Of a stretch of DNA of 64,000 bases, positions 49,860 through 61,083 are shown piece after piece; positions within the stretch are counted from its first letter, which is position 1, and each line of letters opens with the position of its first letter. Location: the NCBI GenBank assembly GCA_947259095.1, contig CAMYLA010000001.1, positions 26,586 to 90,585 of the forward strand, in the 5' to 3' direction. The position numbers and the translations under genes were made by a program. This stretch comes from an uncultured Acidimicrobiaceae bacterium. Lineage in GTDB: Bacteria > Actinomycetota > Acidimicrobiia > Acidimicrobiales > SZUA-35. Under the pieces are notes generated by a model, which saw only the letters and a list, made by a program, of their open reading frames with translations, ran no database searches and had not been told where the DNA came from.

Positions 49860-51251
49860 CTACTCGGCCGCTTCGCCGAGAACCTCCGCCAGTGCCGGGT
49901 GGACGAAGAGCGACTCAACGAGATCCTGGACCGTCAGATTGGCGCTGACCGCCAGAGCCAGAACCGAGATCAGTTCGGCGGCGTGGCGGCCGACGATCGA
50001 GCCGCCGAGCACCTCGCCGGTGGCGGGGTCGGAAACGATCTTCACGAAACCCCGGGAGTCGTTGTTGATCAGAGCCTTGGCCGAGACCGAGAACGGCACC
50101 TTGGTGACCCTTATCTTGCGGCCCTCGGCGAAGGCGTCGGCTTCGGCAACGCCGACGTCGGCGATCTCGGGGTCGGTGAAGATGGCCGATGCGGCCTGGT
50201 CGTAGTCGATGTGCCGGTGGGGCCCGTTGTGGAGGCCCATGGCGTGCTCGGCGATCTTGCGGCCCTGGGTCGACGCCACCGATGACAGTGGCAGCTTGCC
50301 GGAAAGGTCGCCTGCAGCGTAGATGTGATCCACGTTGGATCTGCAGTTGTGGTCGATCGTCACGTAGCCGTGGTCGGTTTCGAGACCGGCGTTCTCCAAG
50401 CCGAGGTTGTCGCTGTTCGGGATCGAGCCGATGGCCAGCAGCACGTGGGAGCCGACCGCCACCCGGCCGTCGTCGCAATGGACCTTCACGCCGTCCTCGG
50501 TCCGCTCGATCGACTGGGCTCTTGCCCCCATGAACAGCCGGACCCCCCGATCGAGGAAGCTGTGTTCGAGCACCGCCGCCACCTCGGGATCCTTCTCCGG
50601 CAGGACCTGCTGCCGGGAGACGATCAGGGTCACGTTGGAGCCGAAGGAGTTGAACATGTGGACGAACTCGACCCCGGTCACCCCGGAGCCGACAACGATC
50701 AGGTGCTCGGGGAGCTCCGGGGGTGGGTAGGCGTCGCGGGTGGTCAGGATCCGCTGCCCGTCGACGTGGGCCCAGTCGGGAATACGTGGCCTGCTCCCGG
50801 TGCTGAGCACGATGACGTCGGCATCGAGCACCTCGGTCCCACCGTCGACGGTGGTCACCTCGACCTGGTGCTGGGAAAGCAGCCGCCCCTGGCCCTGCAG
50901 GAGCCGCACACCCTGACTCTGGAGCAGGTCGGTCACCGAGCGCTCCAGCCGATCTCCGATGTCTTGGATCCGGCTGCGAAGGGCGTCGAAATCGAGCAGG
51001 ACATCGACCTTCGCCAATCCCATCTCGGTGGCGTCGTTCATCATCGACATGGCGCCGCCGGTGGCGATCATGGCCTTGGACGGGATGCAGTCGAGCAGGT
51101 GGGCCGCGCCGCCGACCAGGTCCCGCTCGATGAGGGTGACCCTGGCCCCCAACCGGGCGGCATGGGTGGCGCAGGTGGTGCCCCCCGGGCCACCGCCGAT
51201 GATCACGAAGTGTTTTGCATTCGCCGGGAGGCCGGTTTTCACGTTCACCAC
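49860..51251 (-). CDS. lpdA: NAD(P)H-quinone dehydrogenase LpdA-like flavoprotein
   Basis: IIGGGPGG; AAHLLDCIPSK has a single Cys instead of CxxxxC; VGSGVTGVEF; near accA/birA like M. tuberculosis lpdA. Start may be further upstream. Confidence 0.85.
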   Translation of the reverse strand: MVNVKTGLPANAKHFVIIGGGPGGTTCATHAARLGARVTLIERDLVGGAAHLLDCIPSKAMIATGGAMSMMNDATEMGLAKVDVLLDFDALRSRIQDIGDRLERSVTDLLQSQGVRLLQGQGRLLSQHQVEVTTVDGGTEVLDADVIVLSTGSRPRIPDWAHVDGQRILTTRDAYPPPELPEHLIVVGSGVTGVEFVHMFNSFGSNVTLIVSRQQVLPEKDPEVAAVLEHSFLDRGVRLFMGARAQSIERTEDGVKVHCDDGRVAVGSHVLLAIGSIPNSDNLGLENAGLETDHGYVTIDHNCRSNVDHIYAAGDLSGKLPLSSVASTQGRKIAEHAMGLHNGPHRHIDYDQAASAIFTDPEIADVGVAEADAFAEGRKIRVTKVPFSVSAKALINNDSRGFVKIVSDPATGEVLGGSIVGRHAAELISVLALAVSANLTVQDLVESLFVHPALAEVLGEAAE

Positions 51252-51523
51252 ATCACTTTCTCGGTCACGTTCTCGGGAATGGCCGGCCGGTCCCGGCGGC
51301 TCGGTCACCGCCGGATGCTGATGCCGGGCTTCCCGTCCGGGGAGAGGCTTCGTCGCCTCGACCATCGTGGTCCGCCGCCCCACTGTAGACAGGAGCCGAG
51401 CCGCGCCGACCGGCGAGCTCACCGCCCGCCGGTTCGGCGGTGATCGTCGACTGCGGTGCCCGCCGGTCCCGGGCCGCAATCGACCAGCTCCGCCGGGGAG
51501 GCGGCGCTCGGGCCGGTCGGGGA

Positions 51524-52657
51524 CTACCGGTCGGCCAGGACCGGGTGACCGGTCAGCTTGGCGTAGACGTCGATCAGCTCGTCGGCGGCCGCATCCCAGG
51601 AGTAGCCGACGGCCTGGCGGCGGCCGGCCTCGGCCAGTTGGGTTCGCAGCCCATCGTCCTCCAACACCGACAGCAAGGCCCCGGCCAGGGCCGAGGGGTC
51701 ACGCGGTTCGACCAGCACCGCCGCCCTGCCTGCGATCTCCGGGATCGCCCCGGCCGAGGTCGACACCACCGGCAGCCCGGCGCCCATGGCCTCCAGCAAC
51801 GGCAAACCGAACCCCTCGTAGATCGAGGGGTAGCCAAGCACCTCGGCGCCGGCCAGCAAATCGGCCTTGACCGGATCGCTGACGTACCCGAGCCGCGTGA
51901 TGCGATCAGCGACCCCCAGGTCACCGATGACCGAGTCCAGCTCATCGGCTCCCCACCCGTCGGCGCCGGCGATCACCAGCTTCAGATCGGGGATGATCGG
52001 CCAGATCGCCGCCATGGCCCTGACCAGGGTCACGTAGTCCTTGCGGGGCTCGACCGTCCCGATGGCCAACACATACGGTGCCCCGATCAGCGATCGACCG
52101 CGGGCGGCGCTGCCGTCGGCGGTCGGCTGGTAGCCGTTGCGGATGACATGGACCCGGTCGCCGTCGATGCCAAGCTCGGCTTCGATCTCCTCGGCCACGA
52201 ACGAGGAGACGGCGTGGATGTGGGCCCCCTCGGCCACGGCCCGGGCCAGGTGCCGCGGATAGTGCTGGCTGTGACCGTCGACCAGCTCGGGGAACCGCCA
52301 TGCCGTCAGGTCGTGAACGGTGACCAGCCTGGCTGCGCCATCGGTCGGAGGCACGACGTAGTTCGGTCCGTGGACGAGGTCGAACCCCTTGAGCCGGGGG
52401 CGGTCGAACCGCCGCCACCCCTCATGGGTCAGCCGGGCCGGGAGCGGCAGCGGCCTCATCTTCCAGCCCGGTGGGATCACATCATCGAGCCTGCCCCGGC
52501 CGCGCCAACTGACGATCAAACCGGTGAGGTCGACCGATGGGTACCGGGGCAACCGTGATGCCAGCTGTCGAACCATCTGGCCGACCCCGGTGGTCGACCC
52601 GAGGAGTGCGGTGACGTCCATCGCAACGCGGATCGGGGGGCGATCGTCGGTGAACAC
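51524..52657 (-). CDS. Glycosyltransferase family 4 (WbaZ/MtfB-like)
   Basis: TGVG, VTVHDL, GTVEPRKD, PSIYEGFGLPLLEAM. Confidence 0.92.
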   Translation of the reverse strand: MFTDDRPPIRVAMDVTALLGSTTGVGQMVRQLASRLPRYPSVDLTGLIVSWRGRGRLDDVIPPGWKMRPLPLPARLTHEGWRRFDRPRLKGFDLVHGPNYVVPPTDGAARLVTVHDLTAWRFPELVDGHSQHYPRHLARAVAEGAHIHAVSSFVAEEIEAELGIDGDRVHVIRNGYQPTADGSAARGRSLIGAPYVLAIGTVEPRKDYVTLVRAMAAIWPIIPDLKLVIAGADGWGADELDSVIGDLGVADRITRLGYVSDPVKADLLAGAEVLGYPSIYEGFGLPLLEAMGAGLPVVSTSAGAIPEIAGRAAVLVEPRDPSALAGALLSVLEDDGLRTQLAEAGRRQAVGYSWDAAADELIDVYAKLTGHPVLADR

Positions 52658-52659
52658 AG

Positions 52660-52796
52660 CAGAACGCTACTCAGACATCGGCCGCCATCTGCGGATGCTG
52701 AAACGTGATGTTTCCTCATGTTTCTTGTTGAAAGATCAAGATGCATGGCTCGGCTAGTGATCAATGAACGACTGATTCGCCCGTAGAATCCCATCA
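52660..52796. promoter_or_regulatory. AT-rich divergent promoter region between GT4 and wzt
   Basis: TAGCGT (minus strand, 52664-52669) and TAGAAT (52784-52789) lie 6-7 nt before the starts; ATGTTTC direct repeats at 52708 and 52718. Confidence 0.6.
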
Positions 52797-54287
52797 ATGG
52801 AGAGCGGCCCGACATCGACTAATCTGGAAGACTTGATACCAAGCGATCCCACGCCGCCTGCCGGTCCCGGTTCGGGCCCGGTTCACACCCAGCCGTCATC
52901 GACCGGGGTCTCCTCTCCCGCCCTCTCGGCGGCCCCGCCGATGGCCATCGAGGTCGATGGGGTGTCCAAGTCGTTCAAGATCGGGGCTGAGCCGGCCAAG
53001 ACGTTGAAGGATCGCCTGCTGTCGTTCCGCAGCCATGAGGGGCAGGTCGTCCAGGCGCTGTCCGGCGTCGACTTCCAGGTCGAGCAGGGCGAGTCGTTCG
53101 GCATCCTCGGCCACAACGGGTCGGGCAAGAGCACCCTGTTGAAGATCATGGCCGGCACGATCCGGCCGACCGACGGACGGGTTCGGGTCCACGGCCGACT
53201 GTCGGCGCTGCTGGAGCTGGGGGCCGGCTTCCACCCCGACCTCAGCGGTCGGGAGAACATCTACCTCAACGCATCGATCCTGGGATTCCCCCGCCAGGAA
53301 GTGGATCGGATCTTCGACGAGATCGTGTCGTTCGCCGAGCTGGAGGAGTTCATCGACCTCCAGGTCAAGTTCTACTCCTCGGGCATGACGGCCCGGTTGG
53401 GTTTCGCGGTGGCGACCAACCTGGAGCCGGACGTCCTCCTGGTCGACGAGGTCCTGGCCGTGGGTGACGAAGCGTTCCAGCTCAAATGTATGGAGCGGGT
53501 TCACCGGTTCCGGAGCATGGGCCGAACGATGGTCATCGTCAGCCACGGGCCGGAGCTGGTCCGAGAGCTCTGCGATCGGGCGCTGGTGCTGGAACGGGGC
53601 CGGATGCTCCATGTCGGCGATGTCAGCGAGGCCATCGAAACCTACCGGGCGGCCCTCCACGACCCGAGCACACGGTCGATGGCTGCCACGACGGGGCGGG
53701 TCGACAACAGCGGCGAGCCGGTCGACAGGGCCACCGAGGAGGTGACCGAACCGGTCACCCTGCTTTCGGGCCGGGTCATCGACGCCAACCCCGAGGTTCC
53801 GTTCATGCCGGGCGAGCGAATCCGAGTCGTGGTCCGGTACGCCATGACCGAACCGGTCGAGTTCCGGATCCGGTTGGCCCTGCGGAGCCAGGACAACATG
53901 GTGATGATGAACCGGTCGACCACCGACGTGCTTGACGAGCCGCTGCCGAGCGAGCCCGGTGAGGTGGAGCTGCAGTTCGCCATCAACGACCTGCCCCTGC
54001 TCGACGGCACCTACCGGTTCGCCATCGTGGCCGAGACCCCGGACGCCGGCCACGTCTACGACCGCATCATTCCCCCCGCGGCCGAGTTTGCGGTCAGAGG
54101 TCCGGACCCCTCGTTCGGCCGGGTCGACATGGACATCTCGGGAACGATCATCACCGATCCGGACCGGGCCGACCATGACCGAGCCCATGATGACGACGGG
54201 GCCGGGGCCGTGGCGACCGGCAAGGGTGGTTCCGGCCCGGCACTCGACGTGCGGGCGCCGGCCGATTCGGTGGGCCTGAGCGGTTGA
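52797..54287 (+). CDS. wzt: Polysaccharide ABC transporter ATPase with C-terminal Wzt carbohydrate-binding domain
   Basis: GHNGSGKST, LELGAGFHPDLSGREN, YSSGM, DEVLAVGD, C-terminal LPLLDGTY. Confidence 0.92.
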   Translation: MESGPTSTNLEDLIPSDPTPPAGPGSGPVHTQPSSTGVSSPALSAAPPMAIEVDGVSKSFKIGAEPAKTLKDRLLSFRSHEGQVVQALSGVDFQVEQGESFGILGHNGSGKSTLLKIMAGTIRPTDGRVRVHGRLSALLELGAGFHPDLSGRENIYLNASILGFPRQEVDRIFDEIVSFAELEEFIDLQVKFYSSGMTARLGFAVATNLEPDVLLVDEVLAVGDEAFQLKCMERVHRFRSMGRTMVIVSHGPELVRELCDRALVLERGRMLHVGDVSEAIETYRAALHDPSTRSMAATTGRVDNSGEPVDRATEEVTEPVTLLSGRVIDANPEVPFMPGERIRVVVRYAMTEPVEFRIRLALRSQDNMVMMNRSTTDVLDEPLPSEPGEVELQFAINDLPLLDGTYRFAIVAETPDAGHVYDRIIPPAAEFAVRGPDPSFGRVDMDISGTIITDPDRADHDRAHDDDGAGAVATGKGGSGPALDVRAPADSVGLSG

Positions 54288-54301
54288 GTCGATCGGGCGC
54301 C

Positions 54302-55243
54302 CTAAAGGCGCTCGGCGAACGAGCCCTCCAACCGGGCGAAGACCCGAAGCCCGAAGAACAGCAGGATCACCGCCGCCACCGCCGACACCACCATGTTCTG
54401 CAGGTACCAGCTGGTCGGTCGCAGGAGCAGCGTGAATTGCTCCTGTTGCTCGGCCGAGAAGTTTGTGGGGTTGTAGAGCACCCGCTGGAATGTGATCACC
54501 AACGGGGTGATCGGGTTCAGCATGGCCAACCACTCGGCGCCGACCCCGAACCGGTCCCGGATGGCGTTGCCGATGAAGTCGTAGGGGTAGACGATCGGCG
54601 TGAACCAGAACAGGGCCAGGAAGGCCAGCTCCAGGAAGTGCTGGACGTCACGAAAGAAGACGTTCAGCGCAGCCAGCATCAGGCCCAACCCGACCGCCAT
54701 GGTCAGGGTGATCACCATTGCCGGGACCAGCAACCAGATCATCGACCATTCCGGCGACTGGCGGAAGACGGCCAGGCCGATACACAGAATGGCCAACCTG
54801 CTGAGGAACGGCACGATATTGGACGCAACCGCGGCCACCGGCAAGATCTCGCGGGGAAACCAGATCTTCTTCACCAGCGGCGAGTTGGCAACCACCGAGC
54901 TGGTGGCACCGGTGGTCCCGGCCGAGAACAGATCGTACACCAGCAGCCCGGCCAGGAGATTCAGGGCGTAGCGGGGCACCCCGCTCGGCAAAAGGAAGGT
55001 GAACACCAGGCTGAAGATGGTGAGGTAGAGCAGGGGGTTCATCAGGTTCCAGGCCACGCCCAGGATGCTGTTCTTGTGGCGGACCTTGATCTCGCGGCGG
55101 GTCAGATTGACCAGCAATTCCCGGTGCCGGACCACGTCCCGAAGCCGGCTCAGCGGGTTCGGTGAGCGGAAGCCGGCCTCGACCAGGCCGGCCCGGCCCG
55201 GGGGCGCGGCGGCGTTTGATCCACTGCTTGCGGCGGTAAGCAT
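54302..55243 (-). CDS. wzm: Polysaccharide ABC transporter permease
   Basis: [40 protein letters not shown]. Confidence 0.92.
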   Translation of the reverse strand: MLTAASSGSNAAAPPGRAGLVEAGFRSPNPLSRLRDVVRHRELLVNLTRREIKVRHKNSILGVAWNLMNPLLYLTIFSLVFTFLLPSGVPRYALNLLAGLLVYDLFSAGTTGATSSVVANSPLVKKIWFPREILPVAAVASNIVPFLSRLAILCIGLAVFRQSPEWSMIWLLVPAMVITLTMAVGLGLMLAALNVFFRDVQHFLELAFLALFWFTPIVYPYDFIGNAIRDRFGVGAEWLAMLNPITPLVITFQRVLYNPTNFSAEQQEQFTLLLRPTSWYLQNMVVSAVAAVILLFFGLRVFARLEGSFAERL

Positions 55244-55323
55244 GGAGCCAAGCCTATCGGGTCACCAAGAGCGGCGATTCGATGGTCTGGTGGAGCGGTC
55301 TGGGTCGGGTCTACCCTTCGAAC

Positions 55324-57447
<2,124 letters not shown>

Positions 57448-57496
57448 GCCTGACCCCCCCCAAACCAACCGTGCACCATCGCCCCCCGCAAGTTCC

Positions 57497-58489
57497 GTGA
57501 GCTCCGACCTGGCCCGTTCGATTCTCGACGGCGACCGCAAGGCCCTGGCCAAGGCGATCACCCTGGTCGAGTCGACCCGAGCCGATCACAACCTCGAGGC
57601 CGAGGCGTTGATCAACGAACTGCTGCCGGCCACCGGCCGCTCGATGAGGATCGGTGTCACCGGTTCACCCGGCGTTGGCAAGAGCACCTTCATCGACGCC
57701 TTCGGCTCGATGGTGGTGGCCCAGGATCGCCGGCTGGCGGTCCTGGCGGTCGATCCGTCGAGCACCTCCCGCGGTGGTTCGATTCTCGGTGACAAGACCA
57801 GGATGGCCTCGCTCGCCTCCGACCCCGCCGTTTTCATCCGACCCTCACCGTCATCGGGCACCCTGGGCGGCATCGGGCGTCGAACCAGGGATGCGGTCCT
57901 GCTGTGCGAGGCGGCGGGCTTCGACACCGTGTTGGTGGAGACCGTCGGCGTCGGCCAGTCCGAGACCACCGTGGCCACGGTGACGGACCTGTTCCTGCTG
58001 CTGGTCGCCCCCGGCGGCGGCGACGACCTCCAGGGCATCAAACGTGGGGTCATGGAGCTGGCCGACCTGGTGGTGGTCAACAAGTCGGACGGCAACCTGG
58101 CCCTGTTGGCAAAACAAACCGAGGCCGACTACAGGTTGGCTCTCCATCTGGTCCGCCCGAAGCGGACGGGCACCGAGACCCCGGTGGTCCGCTGCTCGAG
58201 CACCACCGGTGCCGGCTTGGACGAGGTGTTGGCCACCCTGACCGGACTGCACCGGACCATGACCGACAGCGGCGAACTGGCCGCACTGCGTCGGGCCCAG
58301 GCGGTCGGGCAACTGGAGAACGAGGTCCGAGCCTCGTTGTTCGCCAGAGCCAGCGCCGACCGGCGATTCGCCGATCGGCGGGCCGACGTCGAGCGGGCCG
58401 TGGCCGACCAGGAACTGTCGGTCACCGCCGGGGCCAGACTGCTCATCGAGCTCCTCGGTTGGACCGAGCAATCGACCGAAGCCACCTGA
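57497..58489 (+). CDS. meaB: Methylmalonyl-CoA mutase-associated GTPase MeaB
   Basis: GSPGVGKST, AVDPSS, GDKTRM, ETVGVGQSE, NKSD. Confidence 0.95.
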   Translation: MSSDLARSILDGDRKALAKAITLVESTRADHNLEAEALINELLPATGRSMRIGVTGSPGVGKSTFIDAFGSMVVAQDRRLAVLAVDPSSTSRGGSILGDKTRMASLASDPAVFIRPSPSSGTLGGIGRRTRDAVLLCEAAGFDTVLVETVGVGQSETTVATVTDLFLLLVAPGGGDDLQGIKRGVMELADLVVVNKSDGNLALLAKQTEADYRLALHLVRPKRTGTETPVVRCSSTTGAGLDEVLATLTGLHRTMTDSGELAALRRAQAVGQLENEVRASLFARASADRRFADRRADVERAVADQELSVTAGARLLIELLGWTEQSTEAT

Positions 58490-58502
58490 GCGGAAGCGAG
58501 AC

Positions 58503-59369
58503 TCACAGAGCGGCCAACCGTTCGAGGTAGTCGCCGTAGCCGCTCTTGCACAGGGGTCGGGCCAGCGCCAACAGCTGGTCCTGGTCGATCCAGCCCATCC
58601 GCCACGCCACCTCCTCGACACAGCCGATCTTCACCCCTTGACGCTGTTCCAGCACCCTGACGAACTCCGAGGCCGCCACCATCGAGTCGAAGGTGCCGGT
58701 GTCGAGCCAGGCCAGCCCCCGGCCGAATCGCCTGACCGAGAGCTCGCCGGCTTCGAGGTAGGCCAGGTTGACGTCGGTGATCTCCAGTTCCCCCCGTGCC
58801 GAGGGTTGCAGCCCTCGGGCCACGTCGACCACCTGCTTGTCGAAGATGTACAGACCGGTGACGGCCCAGCTCGACCGCGGGTCGGTTGGCTTCTCCTCGA
58901 TCGAGTTCGGCGTGCCGGATCGATCGAAGCCGATGACCCCGTATCGCTGTGGATCGGAGACCTCCTGGGCAAACAGCGTGGCTCCCGACACGTCGCTGAC
59001 CGATGACTGGAGCAACGAGGCCAAGCCGCCGCCGTAGAACAGGTTGTCGCCGAGGATCAACAGGCAGCCGCTGCCGGCCAGGAACCGTTCGCCGATCAGG
59101 AATGCCTCGGCGATCCCTCTCGGCTCGGCCTGGGTGGCGTAGGCGATGTCGAGACCCCACTGGCTGCCGTCGCCGAGGAGCCTGCGGAACGCCGGCTCGT
59201 CAGCGGCGGTACAGACGATCAGGATCTCCCGGATCCCGGCCAGCATCACCGTGGACAGCGGGTAGTAGATCATCGGCTTGTCATACACCGGCAGCAGCTG
59301 CTTGGACACGGCGATCGTCAGCGGGTGGAGGCGGGAGCCGGTCCCGCCGGCCAGGATGATGGCCCTCAC
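58503..59369 (-). CDS. rfbA: Glucose-1-phosphate thymidylyltransferase
   Basis: IILAGGTGSRLHP, KQLLPVYDKPMIYYP, RGELEITD, WLDTGT. Confidence 0.96.
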   Translation of the reverse strand: MRAIILAGGTGSRLHPLTIAVSKQLLPVYDKPMIYYPLSTVMLAGIREILIVCTAADEPAFRRLLGDGSQWGLDIAYATQAEPRGIAEAFLIGERFLAGSGCLLILGDNLFYGGGLASLLQSSVSDVSGATLFAQEVSDPQRYGVIGFDRSGTPNSIEEKPTDPRSSWAVTGLYIFDKQVVDVARGLQPSARGELEITDVNLAYLEAGELSVRRFGRGLAWLDTGTFDSMVAASEFVRVLEQRQGVKIGCVEEVAWRMGWIDQDQLLALARPLCKSGYGDYLERLAAL

Positions 59370-60508
59370 CGGTCGACGAGGGGTCCGGCGGTACGGGTCA
59401 CGGCACCGGTACCGCCGAACTCGATGCCGACCCCGATTCGGACCGGAGGCGGCGGGCTGTCGGTCCGGTCGAGCTGACGCGACACCCGGCGCAGCGACTC
59501 CCGCCACGGCGGCAGGGTGTGCCCGTAGGCCGCAGCGAAGGCATCACTGCTGATCCGTGAATCGGCGGGCCGTCTGGCGGCCAAGGGGTACTGGCCGGTG
59601 GTGATCCGGTCGAGCTCGACTCGATCCCTGGTGCCGTCGAGCCGGAGGATCTCGTCAGCGAACTCGCACCACGTGGCATCGTCCGGTGCGGCAACGTGGA
59701 ATAGGCCGTTGTGCCGTAACCCGGCACGGATGGCGACCACGATGGCCGCGGCAAGATCATCGGCTGCGGTGGGGCAACCCCGCTGGTCGTCCACCACCTG
59801 GAGCACCGGCCGGCTCCGGCCGAGCTTGCGGATCGTCCTGACGAAGTTGGAGCCGGTGCTGCTGTAGAGCCACGAGGTCCGCAGCACCAGGGCATCGTCG
59901 AGCTGGAGGGCGGCCAACTCACCGGCCCGCTTCGACCGACCGTAGGCACCAAGGGGGTTGACCTGATCGTGTTCCCGGTACCAGCCGCTGGCGGCTCCGT
60001 CGAAGACGTAGTCGGTGGAGAGGTGAATCAGGCGGGCGTCGACCGCGGCCGCCGCTTCGGCGATCGAGACCACCGCCCGGTGATTGACGCGGTTTGCCAC
60101 ATCGGGCTGGGCCTCGGCCCCGTCCACCGAGGTGGAGGCGGCGGCGTTGATCACCACCTTCGGGCGCCATCGCTGAATGTAGGTCCTCACCGCACCGTGG
60201 TCGGTGATGTCGAGTTGGTCCCTGGTGGCCGGTAGGACGAAGGTGCCGACCGGCCACTCCTGATTGACCAGTGCCGATCCCAGCTGGCCCTTGGCCCCCA
60301 GGATGAGAATCCGGTCGAGGGCCGGCCGGTCGGCCGAGACGTCGGTCGGGCGATACCGGTCGCCGGGGTGCTCGGTGGTCGAATCCCGGTCGTCGCCTGC
60401 CACGTCGCCGGCTGCCCCGTCGCTGGAAGGCCCACTCTTCGGAGACCCACTATTCGAAGACCCACTATTCGAAGACCCACTATTCGAAGACCCACTATTC
60501 GAAGACAA
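59366..60508 (-). CDS. rfbD: dTDP-4-dehydrorhamnose reductase with a repeat-derived N-terminal extension
   Basis: GAKGQLG, STDYVFDG, YGRSK, VVDDQRGCPT, ARRP. Start uncertain. Confidence 0.92.
   Translation of the reverse strand: MSSNSGSSNSGSSNSGSSNSGSPKSGPSSDGAAGDVAGDDRDSTTEHPGDRYRPTDVSADRPALDRILILGAKGQLGSALVNQEWPVGTFVLPATRDQLDITDHGAVRTYIQRWRPKVVINAAASTSVDGAEAQPDVANRVNHRAVVSIAEAAAAVDARLIHLSTDYVFDGAASGWYREHDQVNPLGAYGRSKRAGELAALQLDDALVLRTSWLYSSTGSNFVRTIRKLGRSRPVLQVVDDQRGCPTAADDLAAAIVVAIRAGLRHNGLFHVAAPDDATWCEFADEILRLDGTRDRVELDRITTGQYPLAARRPADSRISSDAFAAAYGHTLPPWRESLRRVSRQLDRTDSPPPPVRIGVGIEFGGTGAVTRTAGPLVDR
60426..60506. repeat. 15-bp tandem repeat (GAAGACCCACTATTC, about 5.4 copies)
   Basis: Perfect copies at 60456, 60471 and 60486; degenerate copies at 60441 and 60426; partial copy at 60501. 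Confidence 0.95.
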
Positions 60509-61070
60509 TGCCCTGCTCCTTCAGTTCGGCCAGGCTCAGCGCCGTGGCATCCTTGTCGGACAGGACCGCCCGGGTCGGATCGACCGGCCAGTCGATGGCC
60601 AGTTCGGGATCCAGCCAGTTCAGGCTCCTGTCGGCCGCCGGGTCGTAGTGGGTCGTGACCTTGTAGGCCACGACCGTGTCGGGCTCCAGGGTGCAGAACC
60701 CGTGGGCGAAGCCCTCGGGGATCCAGAGCTGGTTCCCGCTCACCGCATCGAGCTCGACGGTGACATGGTGGCCGAAGCTCGGCCCATCGGTCCGCAGGTC
60801 CACCGCCACATCGAGGGCCCGGCCTGCGATCACCCGAACCAGCTTTGCCTGGGCCTCCGGCCCCATCTGGAGGTGTAGTCCCCGAACCGTTCCCACCGAT
60901 CTCGACAGCGAGTCGTTGTCCTGCACGAAGCGCACCTCGAGCCCGACGGCCTCACAGAAACTGCGCTTGTTGAAGGTCTCGCTGAAGTACCCTCGTCGGT
61001 CCTCGAATCTCGTCGGGGTGATGAGCTTGATGCCGTCGATGGCCAGGTCTTTGACGGTTGGTGCGGTCAT
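60495..61070 (-). CDS. rfbC: dTDP-4-dehydrorhamnose 3,5-epimerase
   Basis: DRRGYFSE, RGLHLQ, DVAVDLR, GFAHGF, LSDKD. Confidence 0.96.
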   Translation of the reverse strand: MTAPTVKDLAIDGIKLITPTRFEDRRGYFSETFNKRSFCEAVGLEVRFVQDNDSLSRSVGTVRGLHLQMGPEAQAKLVRVIAGRALDVAVDLRTDGPSFGHHVTVELDAVSGNQLWIPEGFAHGFCTLEPDTVVAYKVTTHYDPAADRSLNWLDPELAIDWPVDPTRAVLSDKDATALSLAELKEQGIVFE

Positions 61071-61083
61071 GGGGCCAGCCCGA

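Noticed and set aside
51060-51110. Loss of a redox Cys in the lpd-like protein as a novelty
   Set aside because: A known feature of the actinobacterial LpdA (Rv3303c) subfamily.
52705-52721. CRP/GlxR site
   Set aside because: The GTGA...TCA spacing is 7 rather than 6, and the flanks mismatch.
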